Shown here: one piece after another, positions 39,601-50,334 of the stretch
Position numbering within the stretch: the first letter of the stretch is position 1
How the letters are laid out: the number at the start of each line of letters is the position of its first letter
Assembly: GCA_950097015.1 (NCBI GenBank)
Contig: CATNEN010000039.1
Location: 14,818,001-14,882,000 of the forward strand
Length of the DNA stretch: 64,000 nt
Source of the DNA: Macrostomum hystrix
Taxonomy: Eukaryota > Animalia > Platyhelminthes
Reading direction: 5' to 3'
Notes under the pieces: model-generated
Database searches by the model: none
What the model was told of the DNA's origin: nothing
The model's input: only the letters and a program-made list of their open reading frames with translations
Program-made: the position numbers and the translations under genes

Positions 39601-42600
39601 AAGACAGCGACCACACCGCTTAACAGAGATCTGAATCTGTTCGTTGACAGCAACGGCCTGCTTCGTTCCCAAGGCCGCATTGGTGAAGTGTTCTCATTTG
39701 GATTTTGGGAACGACTCGTCGGTGTGGTGAAAAGCGCTCTGAAGAAAAGCGTCGGTCGCGCACAGCTCGGCTTCGATCAGCTGGCCACAACAACAATAGA
39801 AATAGAAGCTGTCGTCAACAGTAGACCGCTGCTTTACGTCTCCGCAGATGACAAGAGCGAAGTCATTACACCCTCACACTTTCTGAGTGGTGTACGTCTT
39901 ACTCTTGAGCCTGACAAGTACTCTGAATTTTCGTCCGTTGTGCTGCCACTTTCGAGCCGTCTTAAATTGCTTCGAAAGGCGTTGAATTCATTTTGGGACG
40001 TCTGGCACACGTCGTATGTCACAGCCCTCCGGGAGAAGTCGTTAAAGGTGCAAGGTGGGGGCCCGGAGCCCAAACCTGGCGATGTTGTCGTCGTCAGCGG
40101 CGAGCCGCGCCAACCTAGGCTGTCGTGGAAGTTGGGTGTGATTGAGTCAGTCTGCAGAGGTCGGGACGGTTTCTGTCGCTCGGCTCTAGTGCGGGTAGTC
40201 AGTGGTGTAGGGGGTCGAAGGTTGGAGCGCATTAGACGACCAGTCCGGGCCTTAGTGCCACTTGAAGTCTCTGAATAGCTATTTGTTGTTTCAGTGTATG
40301 CCTTGAAGTTTCCATAATCAATGTGAAATAAACTTCAAGCAAATTTTCTTGTGCTTTGTCCATTTAAGATTGTAATTCTCATCCGTGCTTATCTCGTATT
40401 AGCGTTAAGTAATTTCGCCTTTGGTGTTGGTGTATTTATTAAAATTTCTTCACCAGTCAGCAATGGCTACTCACTCTAAACTGTTACGCATGCTTGTTAC
40501 TTCGCTCGTGTTTCGCCTTGGTGTTGGTGTATTTTTCCCCATATTTTCAATCCAAAAAAACCATGCTTATTCCCTTTGAACTGTCACGCCTGCTTTTGAG
40601 CAAGGTCTCGTTTTATTAAAATTTTCATGAAAAATGGTTCCCATTTTTGGGGGAGTGTCGCGGAAATCATTATTGTTAAACTGTTACCTATCTATTATCG
40701 ATTTTTCCCCGTGTCCCTTTCCATACTGACCCCCCCTCCAGTCTAGCTTCTGCACCCACCTTGTTTTCTCTCCCTCTACGCACGTTATTGTATGTTAACC
40801 CCAATGTACATCCACCCAGGGTTTCGTACCCTCTTTTGTCTCTCCTCACTGTCGGCCCCAATTCCTTCCTTGCATATCGAGATATAATATAGTTAGAGGC
40901 CCGGGGCAAGGCCTTTGTCGGTCGTTCACCTTTCTTGCCCGTTCAAATCAACACCATTAGTTAACCTCATTTTCTTAACAGTCACCAAGTCACTCCGCCA
41001 CCTCACCTTGGCTCTGGCCTCTCTATCAGCCTCGGCCTCGGCAGCCATGGCTCTCTGCAGCTGTACGGGCAGTCGAACGTCTTTGCTGAAATTGTTTATA
41101 AGCAGAAAAGCTAATCACATTTTAAGTGAAATTCGCGCATCGCACTACTGAGAAGAAGCTGAATCGTAGCCCACATTTCCACCCTCTCGACTTTGATGCC
41201 CCAGGCCACTGTGGCTTCGTCCAGCGCCGTCTGAAAGTTAGCCATGAATCTTCAGTAAAAATGAGTAAATAAAATGGATGGAAGTATCAGACTGTAATAG
41301 TAATTCACCTGCATAGAGTTACTAATGTTCTCCCTCTCTGATAGGATCTCGGCCAGGTTTTTGGTGCCCAACACATTTCTCAGCGTGGTCTGCGCCAGCA
41401 GCCGGGTCGAATGATGAGCGTTCTCCACGTTGGCCACGGACACCGTGGCATTGTTGACGCGATAGTACACCACAGCATCTACGCTTACCGTTACTGAATC
41501 CTTTGTCAGCACCTTGAGATGCAATCAAATAGTTTGATTGGTTGGCGTGCTGTTCTTTTATCGCCCTAGCTTCTTAATCATCTGGCCCAAATATAAGTTT
41601 TCTGATTGGTTAGGAATTAATTAGTTATTAACCCAAGAAATTTCTTTTCTGAGCAAACCCATTGACCGCGCTGATTGGCTGAACCCATTATCATCATATG
41701 CATCAAATTTCTCTCCTCTGCAGCTGATTGGCTGCAACGTGAAATTATCACTCTGTAGCTTGAATCTCTCTGCTTTGCCCCATCCACTGCGCTGATTGGC
41801 TGGAGCATAAAGTTATCACTCTGTGGCCTGAATGTCCCCCCTCTGCCCCATCCACTACGCTGATTGGCTGAAACATGAAGTTATCACTCTGTAGCTTGAA
41901 TATACTTGCATGCCCTCATCTGGCTGAAATATGAAATTATCACCCTGTACCCAAAATGTCTCTCCCATGCCCATCCTCGGCGCCGATTGGCTAACCGCAT
42001 TATTAAAGTGTAGCCATTTGACACCATATTTTCTCTCCCTTTGCTAAGCTAAGTAATAAAAAAATACTCGATTAATCTCACCCACCATTATTTAACTATC
42101 GATTTTCATAATAGAATTCCTTAGTGTTTTGGCCAACCAGCAACAAGTTATACTCGTACGAGCAATATCTTCAATAATGAAAATGCAACTTTTCCTTCAT
42201 GGTCCCTGTATTAAATATCCCATTAGGATAAGCTTTAGCGGCATTTATCCAACCATAATCCCACTCTCATTTTTGGGGGAGCATTGCCAATCAGCAAACC
42301 CATCTTCGAATGATATGGGTCATTATTCTTCTGTGTTTTAAATGAGCATAGACCAAGTACGAACTATAGTTGATAAACAGTAGGACTACCAAGCCATTTT
42401 GCAGCCTGTTTGGGTGGCGACCAGCGTTGGGTGGCAACCGATTGGTTGACAGGCTAGGCGATGGTGTACTGTGGTTGAGCTGCGCCAAATATTTAGCCTT
42501 AATCAGTGAAATTGGAGAAATTCGCGTCAGGTGTCCATAGTGGCCTATCCACCTGTTGTAGCCCTTGAAGGTCCATTCAAGCGGGGAATTCCCCACTTGG

Positions 42601-45600
42601 TAGTTCTATAGTTATTGCATCATTTTCATTGCTTCGCCGTTAATTTTCTAACCTAACTTACCTCCTGGGGCGGCACATCAAATGACACGGTCCTGAGGTC
42701 CACTTTACTGTAGCTCTCAATGCAGGGCAGCACGAAGAAAATACCTGCATGCATCACAAAATTATGTTTCAGAAGATGCTGACCGTGATCAATTATTGAA
42801 TCAACGGTGCATCAACAAGTGGATATGAAGAGGCCGCTGCAGTGGCTCTAATCTATAAATAGATTACTTCCACACTTCAGCGGCAAAACAAGCTGTTCAA
42901 ACTGCTTTTCAGTCTGCATCTGTGTGCGCATGTAATGGTCGCAAGCTGCTCTTATTTTTCTCTGTTCTCTAATCTCGTTGACAGACAGAAATAGGATGGA
43001 AGAGGAAGGAGAGAGGAATGGAAGAGGAAAGAGAGAGGAATGGAGAGAAGAAGGAGAGAGGAATGGAAGAGGAAGGAGAGAGGAATGGAGAGAAGAAGGA
43101 GAGAGGAGTGGAAGAGGAAGGATAGAGGAAGGAGAAAGGAAGGAGAGAGGAAGGAGAGAGTAATGGAAGAGGAAGGAGAGAGGAAGGAGAGAAGAAGGAG
43201 AGAGGAGTGGAAGAGGAAGGAGAGAGGAAGGAGAGAGGAAGGAGAGAGGAAGGAGAGAGGAAGGAGAGAGGAAGGAGAGAGGAATGGAAGAGGAAGGAGA
43301 GAGGAATGGAAGAGGAAGGAGAGAGGAAGGAGAGAGGAGTGGAAGAGGAAGGAGAGAGGAAGGAGAGAGGAGTGGAAGAGGAAGGAGAGAGGAAGGAGAG
43401 AGGAGTGGAAGAGGAAGGAGAGAGGAAGGAGAGAGGCGTGGAAGGAAAGAGAACACAGCTAGGAGCACTACAGTTAGAGTTAGACTGTATGTAAATAAAA
43501 AGCCAACTCCTGTGCTAAATTTAAACCATTTGTGAGAAATTTGCTTTGGTCGCTATAAATAATGACTCAACTTAAAGATAAGTTCTCAGCCTCTCTGGCT
43601 GAAGGCACTGCAAACTTCCTGCCACCTGTAGGTCCACCTGCTAATCTATGTTCGCAAGAACTGTGATTTACTGACAGCCAGTCTTATCAGCTACTCATGC
43701 AGCCGATGAGTTTATCGAAAATGTGTGGAAATTTTCCTGGAAACCAGACCATCTGGTACCAACCACACTACTCTACTCTACCTCTGCCAATTATCTACTC
43801 TACTCTACCTCTCTGCCTATCATCTACTCTACCATACCTCTGCCAATTATCTACTCTACTCTACCTCTCTGCCTATCATCTACTCCACCATACCTCTGCC
43901 AATTATCTACTCCTCTACCTCTCTGCCTATCATCTACTCCTCTACCTCTCTCCTATCATCTACTCCTCTACCTCTCTGCCTATCATCTACTCCTCTACCT
44001 CTCTGCCTATCATCTACTCCTCTACCTCTCTGCCTATCATCTACTCCTCTACCTCTCTGCCTATCATCTACTCCTCTACCTCTCTGCCTATCATCTACTC
44101 CTCTACCTCTCTGCCTATCATCTACTCCTCTACCTCTCTGCCTATCATCTACTCCTCTACCTCTCTACCTATCATCTACTCTACCATACCTCTGCCAATT
44201 ATCTACTCTACTCTACCTCTCTGCCTATTATCTACTCTACTCAACCGCTGCCAATTATCTACTCTATTCTCAGATCCCCAATCGTCCTCAGATTGCCAAT
44301 AATCCTTAGATATTCAATGATCCTCACATTTCTAATTATCCTCAGATTCTAAATGATCCCCACAGTGATCTTTTAATCTCAAAATAATTTTGGCAGTCGA
44401 AAAGAATTTTGCCATCTCAGCTAAAAAGCCGAGTAATATCAGGCAGGTCTGCCTCACCTGGTCCTTTGGCGCCACCTTTAATTAGTCGGCCAAGGCGAAA
44501 AATCACGGCCCGCTCGTATTCCTGCACCACCTGGCGACAGAGCGAAGGATTTGGATTTGTGATTGTTAGACAATTTGTTTAAACAGATTTATTATTGATA
44601 GACTCTAGACTTACCTTCAGGCAGACAAACAGAGAAACGGGAAAGGTGAATAAGGCGATGGTGTAGGACAGAGCCGTTAGCGCCAAGCCGCAGCAGCCGA
44701 GACCGGAGTCGCGTCCTTCTGTTTGTTACAAAATGCAATTTTGTATCTATCTACCTATGTATCTATCTATGTATCTATCTATCTATATGTTTATCTATCT
44801 ATCAATCAATCAATCTATCTATCTGTTTATCAATCTATCAATCAATCTATCTATCTATATGTTTATCAATCTATCAATCAATCTATCTATCTATCTGTTT
44901 ATCAATCTATCAATCAATCAATCAATCTATCTATCTATCTATCTGTTTATCAATCTATCAATCTAATTATCTATCTATCTATGTATCTATGAATCTATCT
45001 ATGTATCTATCTATCTATATGTTTATCAATCTATCAATCAATCTATCTATCTATCTGTTTATCAATCTATCAATCAATCAATCAATCAATTTATCTATCT
45101 ATCTATCTGTTTATCAATCTATCAATCTAATTATCTATCTATCTGTCTATGTATCTATCTTTCTATCAATCAATCAATCAATCAATCATTCTATCTATCT
45201 ATCTATCTATCAACATGTGTCAATGTATCTATCTATGTTTCTATCTATCAATCAATCTATCAATCTATCAATCTATCTACAAAGCTTATAAGTCCAAAGC
45301 TCTAACTACCAAGTTAAGTCTTTCTCTATCTGCAATACAAGCCATCGATCAATCCAAGCAAAATCTGCCTTTCTAAGAAAAGTGAATCGACCCGCACCGA
45401 CGAAAATTGCTGTTTCTTTTTCTGCGCATATAATTTGAATCTATTCAGCTTTTTTAATGCTCATAAAAGTCAAGCATAATACGAGTTAGTATAGCCACTG
45501 ATTATCGATCAGTATTAGAAGAATGCCTGGCTTGCAATTAGGATTTGTATTCGGCAGCTAAGAAGATTATCTTGTTAAAGTATTCGTTTACTATACGCTA

Positions 45601-45830
45601 GGTTGTGCGGTTGGGGAGCTGAAGGACAGGGGAGTGTGGTTGGGGAGCTGAAGGACAAGAATGAGACCTCTTTCTGCTCCAATAATCCTAGTAGGCTGAT
45701 AGCCTTGGTAAGTTTGTCGTTGTGAGGTCGGCATTTGCTGCTGCTGCTGCTGCTGAGATCCTGCATTGCCACGCTCCGCATTTCGCTGACTAGAAGCCGT
45801 GAAATCTCGACGATGATGCTGAACGTACAT
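33623..45830 (-). CDS. Stomatin/MEC-2-like band 7 (SPFH) protein; exons 45830-45668, 44718-44615, 44530-44458, 42744-42662, 41512-41309, 41230-41175, 41085-41007, 33841-33623
   Basis: [59 protein letters not shown]...[51 protein letters not shown]; all intron phases consistent. The first exon has a weak donor (GTCTCA). Confidence 0.93.
33870..34491. repeat. 16-bp minisatellite (caccaagtcactccgt), resumes at 40981-41000 after the LTR element
   Basis: Fills the last stomatin intron nearly from donor to acceptor. Confidence 0.95.
34492..40980 (+). mobile_element. BEL/Pao LTR retrotransposon 1, defective; LTRs 34492-34816 and 40656-40980
   Basis: 325-bp TG...CA LTRs with two differences that I could find, 5-bp TSD GTCAC, PBS TGGCGCCCAA, purine tract before the 3' LTR; gag (three Cys-His knuckles), protease, RT, RNase H and partial integrase. 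Confidence 0.97.
35401..40278 (+). pseudogene. Disrupted gag-pol of BEL/Pao element 1
   Basis: One frame with TAA at 36850 and TAG at 38683; the integrase jumps from GLLRSQGRI directly to GFWERLV. Confidence 0.9.
42990..43450. repeat. Purine-only low-complexity repeat (GGAAGGAGAGA variants)
   Basis: Direct inspection; stomatin intron. Confidence 0.9.
43765..44270. repeat. 27-bp minisatellite (ctctgcctatcatctactcctctacct)
   Basis: Tandem units; stomatin intron. Confidence 0.9.
44745..45280. repeat. Compound (ATCT)n/(ATCA)n microsatellite
   Basis: Direct inspection. Confidence 0.92.
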
Positions 45831-46114
45831 GCTTCGGGATCTTTCAAGCTCCTAATCTATGGACAATCGCTTCACGGACAGTTTCACAGGTGCAACTCTG
45901 TGACCAGTTCTCAGAGTAGTAATTCGGCAAATTTTATTCAGATTTCGAACTCCCCAATATATAGATTCAACGCAGATTCTAGTCGACGAAACTCACCGTT
46001 GATTGGCTGGTGTAGAATTAGGCTTTCGGATTCGAGGATGGGAGTGTCCGTCAGGCTCAGAATTACATGCTCTCGCCCGAGAAATTCTATTTAACGTAAT
46101 CTCCTCTTAACCTC

Positions 46115-46326
46115 TCTGACACCTCTCTCTCCCCCGACCTGACACCTCTCTCTCCCCCGACCTGACACCTCTCTCTCCCCCGACCTGACACCTCTCTTGC
46201 ATCGAACTGACACATCTCTCGCCTAGAACTGACTATCATCTCTCGCCTCGAGCTGACACATCTCTCGCCTCGAACTGAAACATCTCTCGCCTCGAACTGA
46301 CACATCTCTCTCCTCGACCTGACACT
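46115..46326. repeat. 22-23-bp degenerate minisatellite (ctgacacatctctcgcctcgaa)
   Basis: About 9 units. Confidence 0.8.
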
Positions 46327-46339
46327 TAGTCCCTTAAGT

Positions 46340-47565
46340 CAAAAACAATATCAAGAGTGACCAAACTGTCAATGAAAATACCAAGAATGACCAAACTGTC
46401 AATGACAATACCAAGAGTGACCAAACTGTCAATGAAAATACCAAAAATGACCAAACTGTCAATGACAATACCAAGAGTGACTAAACTGTCAATGACAATA
46501 CCATGAGTGACCAAACTGTCAATGACAATACCAAGAGTGACCAAACTGTCAATGACAATACCAAGAGTGACCAAACTGTCAATGACAATACCAAGAGTGA
46601 CCAAACTGTCAATGACAATACCAAGAGTGACCAAACTGTCAATGACAATACCAAGAGTGACCAAGCTGTCAATGACAATACCAAGAGTGACCAAACTGTC
46701 AATGACAATACCAAGAGTGACCAAGCTGTCAATGACAATACCAAGAGTGACCAAACTGTCAATGACAATACCAAGAGTGACCAAGCTGTCAATGACAATA
46801 CCAAGAGTGACCAAGCTGTCAATGACAATACCAAGAGTGACCAAACTGTCAATGACAATACCAAGAGTGACCAAACTGTCAATGACAATACCAAGAGTGA
46901 CCAAGCTGTCAATGACAATACCAAGAGTGACCAAACTGTCAAAGACAATACCAAGAGTGACCAAACTGTCAATGACAATACCAAGAGTGACCAAACTGTC
47001 AATGACAATACCAAGAGTGACCAAACTGTCAATGACAATACCAAGAGTGACCAAACTGTCAATGACAATACCAAGAGTGACCAAGCTGTCAATGACAATA
47101 CCAAGAGTGACCAAACTGTCAATGACAATACCAAGAGTGACCAAGCTGTCAATGACAATACCAAGAGTGACCAAGCTGTCAATGACAATACCAAGAGTGA
47201 CCAAGCTGTCAATGACAATACCAAGAGTGACCAAGCTGTCAATGACAATACCAAGAGTGACCAAACTGTCAATGAAAATACCAAGAGTGACCAAGCTGTC
47301 AATGACAATACCAAGAGTGACTAAACTGTCAATGACAATACCAAGAGTGACCAAACTGTCAATGACAATACCAAGAGTGACCAAACTGTCAATGACAATA
47401 CCAAGAGTGACCAAGCTGTCAATGACAATACCAAGAGTGACCAAACTGTCAAAGACAATACCAAGAGTGACCAAACTGTCAATGACAATACCAAGAGTGA
47501 CCAAACTGTCAATGACAATACCAAGAGTGACCAAGCTGTCAATGACAATACCAAGAGTGACTAAG
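46340..47565. repeat. 30-bp minisatellite (ccaagagtgaccaaactgtcaatgacaata)
   Basis: About 40 highly similar units. Confidence 0.97.
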
Positions 47566-48063
47566 TGTTTAGCCACACTTGGTATTAAGTGACCAATACA
47601 GATTTAGTAGTAAGCACTAAAGCTGCTCTGCAGTAACGTGTAACGAAATCTACCTCGGCCTTCCGGTGTCATTGCAGTCTCGCCGTCCGGTGTCATATCA
47701 AACTTCAGACTCCCAGTTGACCAATTGTTTTTTTTTCTGTCGGATTCCCTCAATTGAACAGGCAGAACCCGCAAAAGCGCTTATATAGTGTTACAGACTC
47801 CCACTCCCAAATACCCCCGCTCTGAAGGCTTGAGTCTGAATGAATGGACTCAGGCGGGTGAGACAAACTGCTCAAAGCCGTGCGGGGCAGCAAGTTTTTA
47901 TTTTAGATTTTGTCAGACTGGCCAAATATTGCCTCAATATACAATGGCTGGTCTGGCGGACAGAAATCCATCCAGAGTGAGAGGGTACTTGATGTGCGTA
48001 ACCTCAGCGTAGTAGCTTACTCAATCGCGAATTCCCAAAACTGAAACACCGCCGCACTGAGCT

Positions 48064-48078
48064 GTTGCTAATGGCAAC
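48064..48078. promoter_or_regulatory. Candidate RFX X-box upstream of the stomatin-like gene
   Basis: GTTGCTAATGGCAAC; a minus-strand donor-like GA|GTAAGC lies near 48020. Confidence 0.45.
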
Positions 48079-48237
48079 CTGGACTGTAAAATTAATTGTA
48101 AAAAAAGAAGTATATTTTGATGCCTGAACAACCACGCCTAGGTTTGCCGCTAAACAGTTATGCGAAATTGAGATAAGATAATACAATATCATCGAGATTA
48201 ATCCTAGATACAGTCAAGGATTCCGATACAAATTCTT

Positions 48238-49915
48238 AGCTAGAATCGAAGAAGAAATCGCAGCTAGAATCGGAGAAGGAATCGCAGCAAGAATCGGAGA
48301 AAACATCGCAACCAGAATCGGAGAAGGAATCGCAACTAGAATCGAAGAAGGAATCGCAACCAGAATCGGAGAAGGAATCGCAACTAGAATCGGAGAAGGA
48401 ATCGCAACTAGAATCGGAGAAGGAATCGCAGAAAGAATCGGAGAAGGAATCGCAACTAGAATCGGAGAAGGAATCGCAGCTAGAATCGGAGAAAACATCG
48501 CAACCAGAATCGGAGAAGGAATCGCAACTAGAATCGAAGAAGGAATCGCAACCAGAATCGGAGAAGGAATCGCAACTAGAATCGGAGAAGGAATCGCAAC
48601 TAGAATCGGAGAAGGAATCGCAGAAAGAATCGGAGAAGGAATCGCAACTAGAATCGGAGAAGGAATCGCAGAAAGAATCGGAGAAGTAATGGCAACCAGA
48701 ATCGGAGAAGTAATGGCAACCAGAATCAGAGAAGTAATGGCAACTAGAATCGGAGAAGTAATGGCAACCAGAATCGGAGAAGAAATCGCAGAAAGAATCG
48801 GAGAAGTAATGGCAACTAGAATCGGAGAAGTAATGGCAACCAGAATCGGAGAAGAAATCGCAGAAAGAATCGGAGAAGTAATGGCAACCAGAATCGAAGA
48901 AGGAATCGCAGAAAGAGTCGGAGAAGTAATAGCAGCTAGAATCGGAGAAGGAATCAGAGAAGTAATAGCAGCTAGAATCGGAGAAGGAATCAGAGAAGAA
49001 ATCGCAGCTAGAATCGGAGAAGGAATCAGAGAAGAAATCGCAGCTAGAATCGAAGAAGTAATCGCAGCAAGAATCGGAGAAGAAATCGCAGCTAGAATCG
49101 AAGAAGTAATCGCAACTAGAATCGGAGAAGAAATCGCAGCTAGAATCGAAGAAGGAATCGCAACTAGAATCGGAGAAGAAATCGCAGCTAGAATCGAAGA
49201 AGGAATCGCAACTAGAATCGGAGAAGAAATCGCAGCTAGAATCGAAGAAGGAATCGCAACTAGAATCGGAGAAGAAATCGCAGCTAGAATCGAAGAAGGA
49301 ATCGCAACTAGAATCGGAGAAGAAATCGCAGCTAGAATCGAAGAAGTAATCGCAACTAGAATCGGAGAAGAAATCGCAGCTAGAATCGAAGAAGGAATCG
49401 CAACTAGAATCGGAGAAGAAATCGCAGCTAGAATCGAAGAAGGAATCGCAACTAGAATCGGAGAAGAAATCGCAGCTAGAATCGGAGAAGAAATCGCAGC
49501 TAGAATCGAAGAAGAAATCGCAGCTAGAATCGGAGAAGAAATCGCAGCTAGAATCGGAGAAGAAATCGCAGCTAGAATCGAAGAAGGAATCGCAACTAGA
49601 ATCGGAGAAGAAATCGCAGCTAAAATTGGAGAAGGAATCGCAACTAGAATCGAAGAAGGAATCGCAGCTAGAATCGGAGAAGAAATCGCAGCTAGAATCG
49701 AAGAAGGAATCGCAACTAGAATCGAAGAAGAAATCGCAGCTAGAATCGGAGAAGAAATCGCAGCTAGAATCGAAGAAGGAATCGCAGCTAGAATCGGAGA
49801 AGAAATCGCAGCTAGAATCGAAGAAGAAATCGCAGCTAGAATCGAAGAAGGAATCGCAACTAGAATCGGAGAAGAAATCGCAGCTAAAATTGGAGAAGGA
49901 ATCGCAGCGGAAATC
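48238..49915. repeat. 24-bp minisatellite (agaatcggagaagaaatcgcagct)
   Basis: Tandem units with a 48-bp dimer phase. Confidence 0.97.
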
Positions 49916-50334
49916 TGACAATGAATCGCAGCAAGTACCAAAGTAGTCAAAGGTTCCGCTTGCGATAACAAGCAGGAGTTGAGACACTAAGATTTTGATT
50001 TCAGCATACTGTGATAAAAGAAAACATTGATTAGCAATATTTACGATTATATTTATTATGAATTGCGACTGCAGTTTCGGTGAAGCAGCAAAAATAAAGC
50101 ATGCGTGCAGCAATTTATTATCAGCAATCGTCGAACGACAAGTTCAAGTCGCTTTTTATAATCCAATTTGTTTGGCAAAGAATCAGCAACTTTAACAGAG
50201 CGAGAGATTTATTAATCTACAGATGAGAAATACAGTCTATATTAGACTACTTAGAGTCTTAGTCATCAGTTTATTAACCTGGCAATTTGGCAAAATACAA
50301 TTGAGGGACGGTTGCATTGTCAACTAAGCAGTTG

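Noticed and set aside
41660-41995. Clustered CCAAT boxes (ctgattggctg), similar at 26580-26750
   Set aside because: Parts of degenerate 55-70 bp tandem repeats in an intron and a 3' UTR; no promoter evidence.
43695-43745. Minimal hammerhead ribozyme (ccgatgagtttatcgaaa)
   Set aside because: The core CUGAUGA is mutated and stems I and III cannot be paired convincingly.
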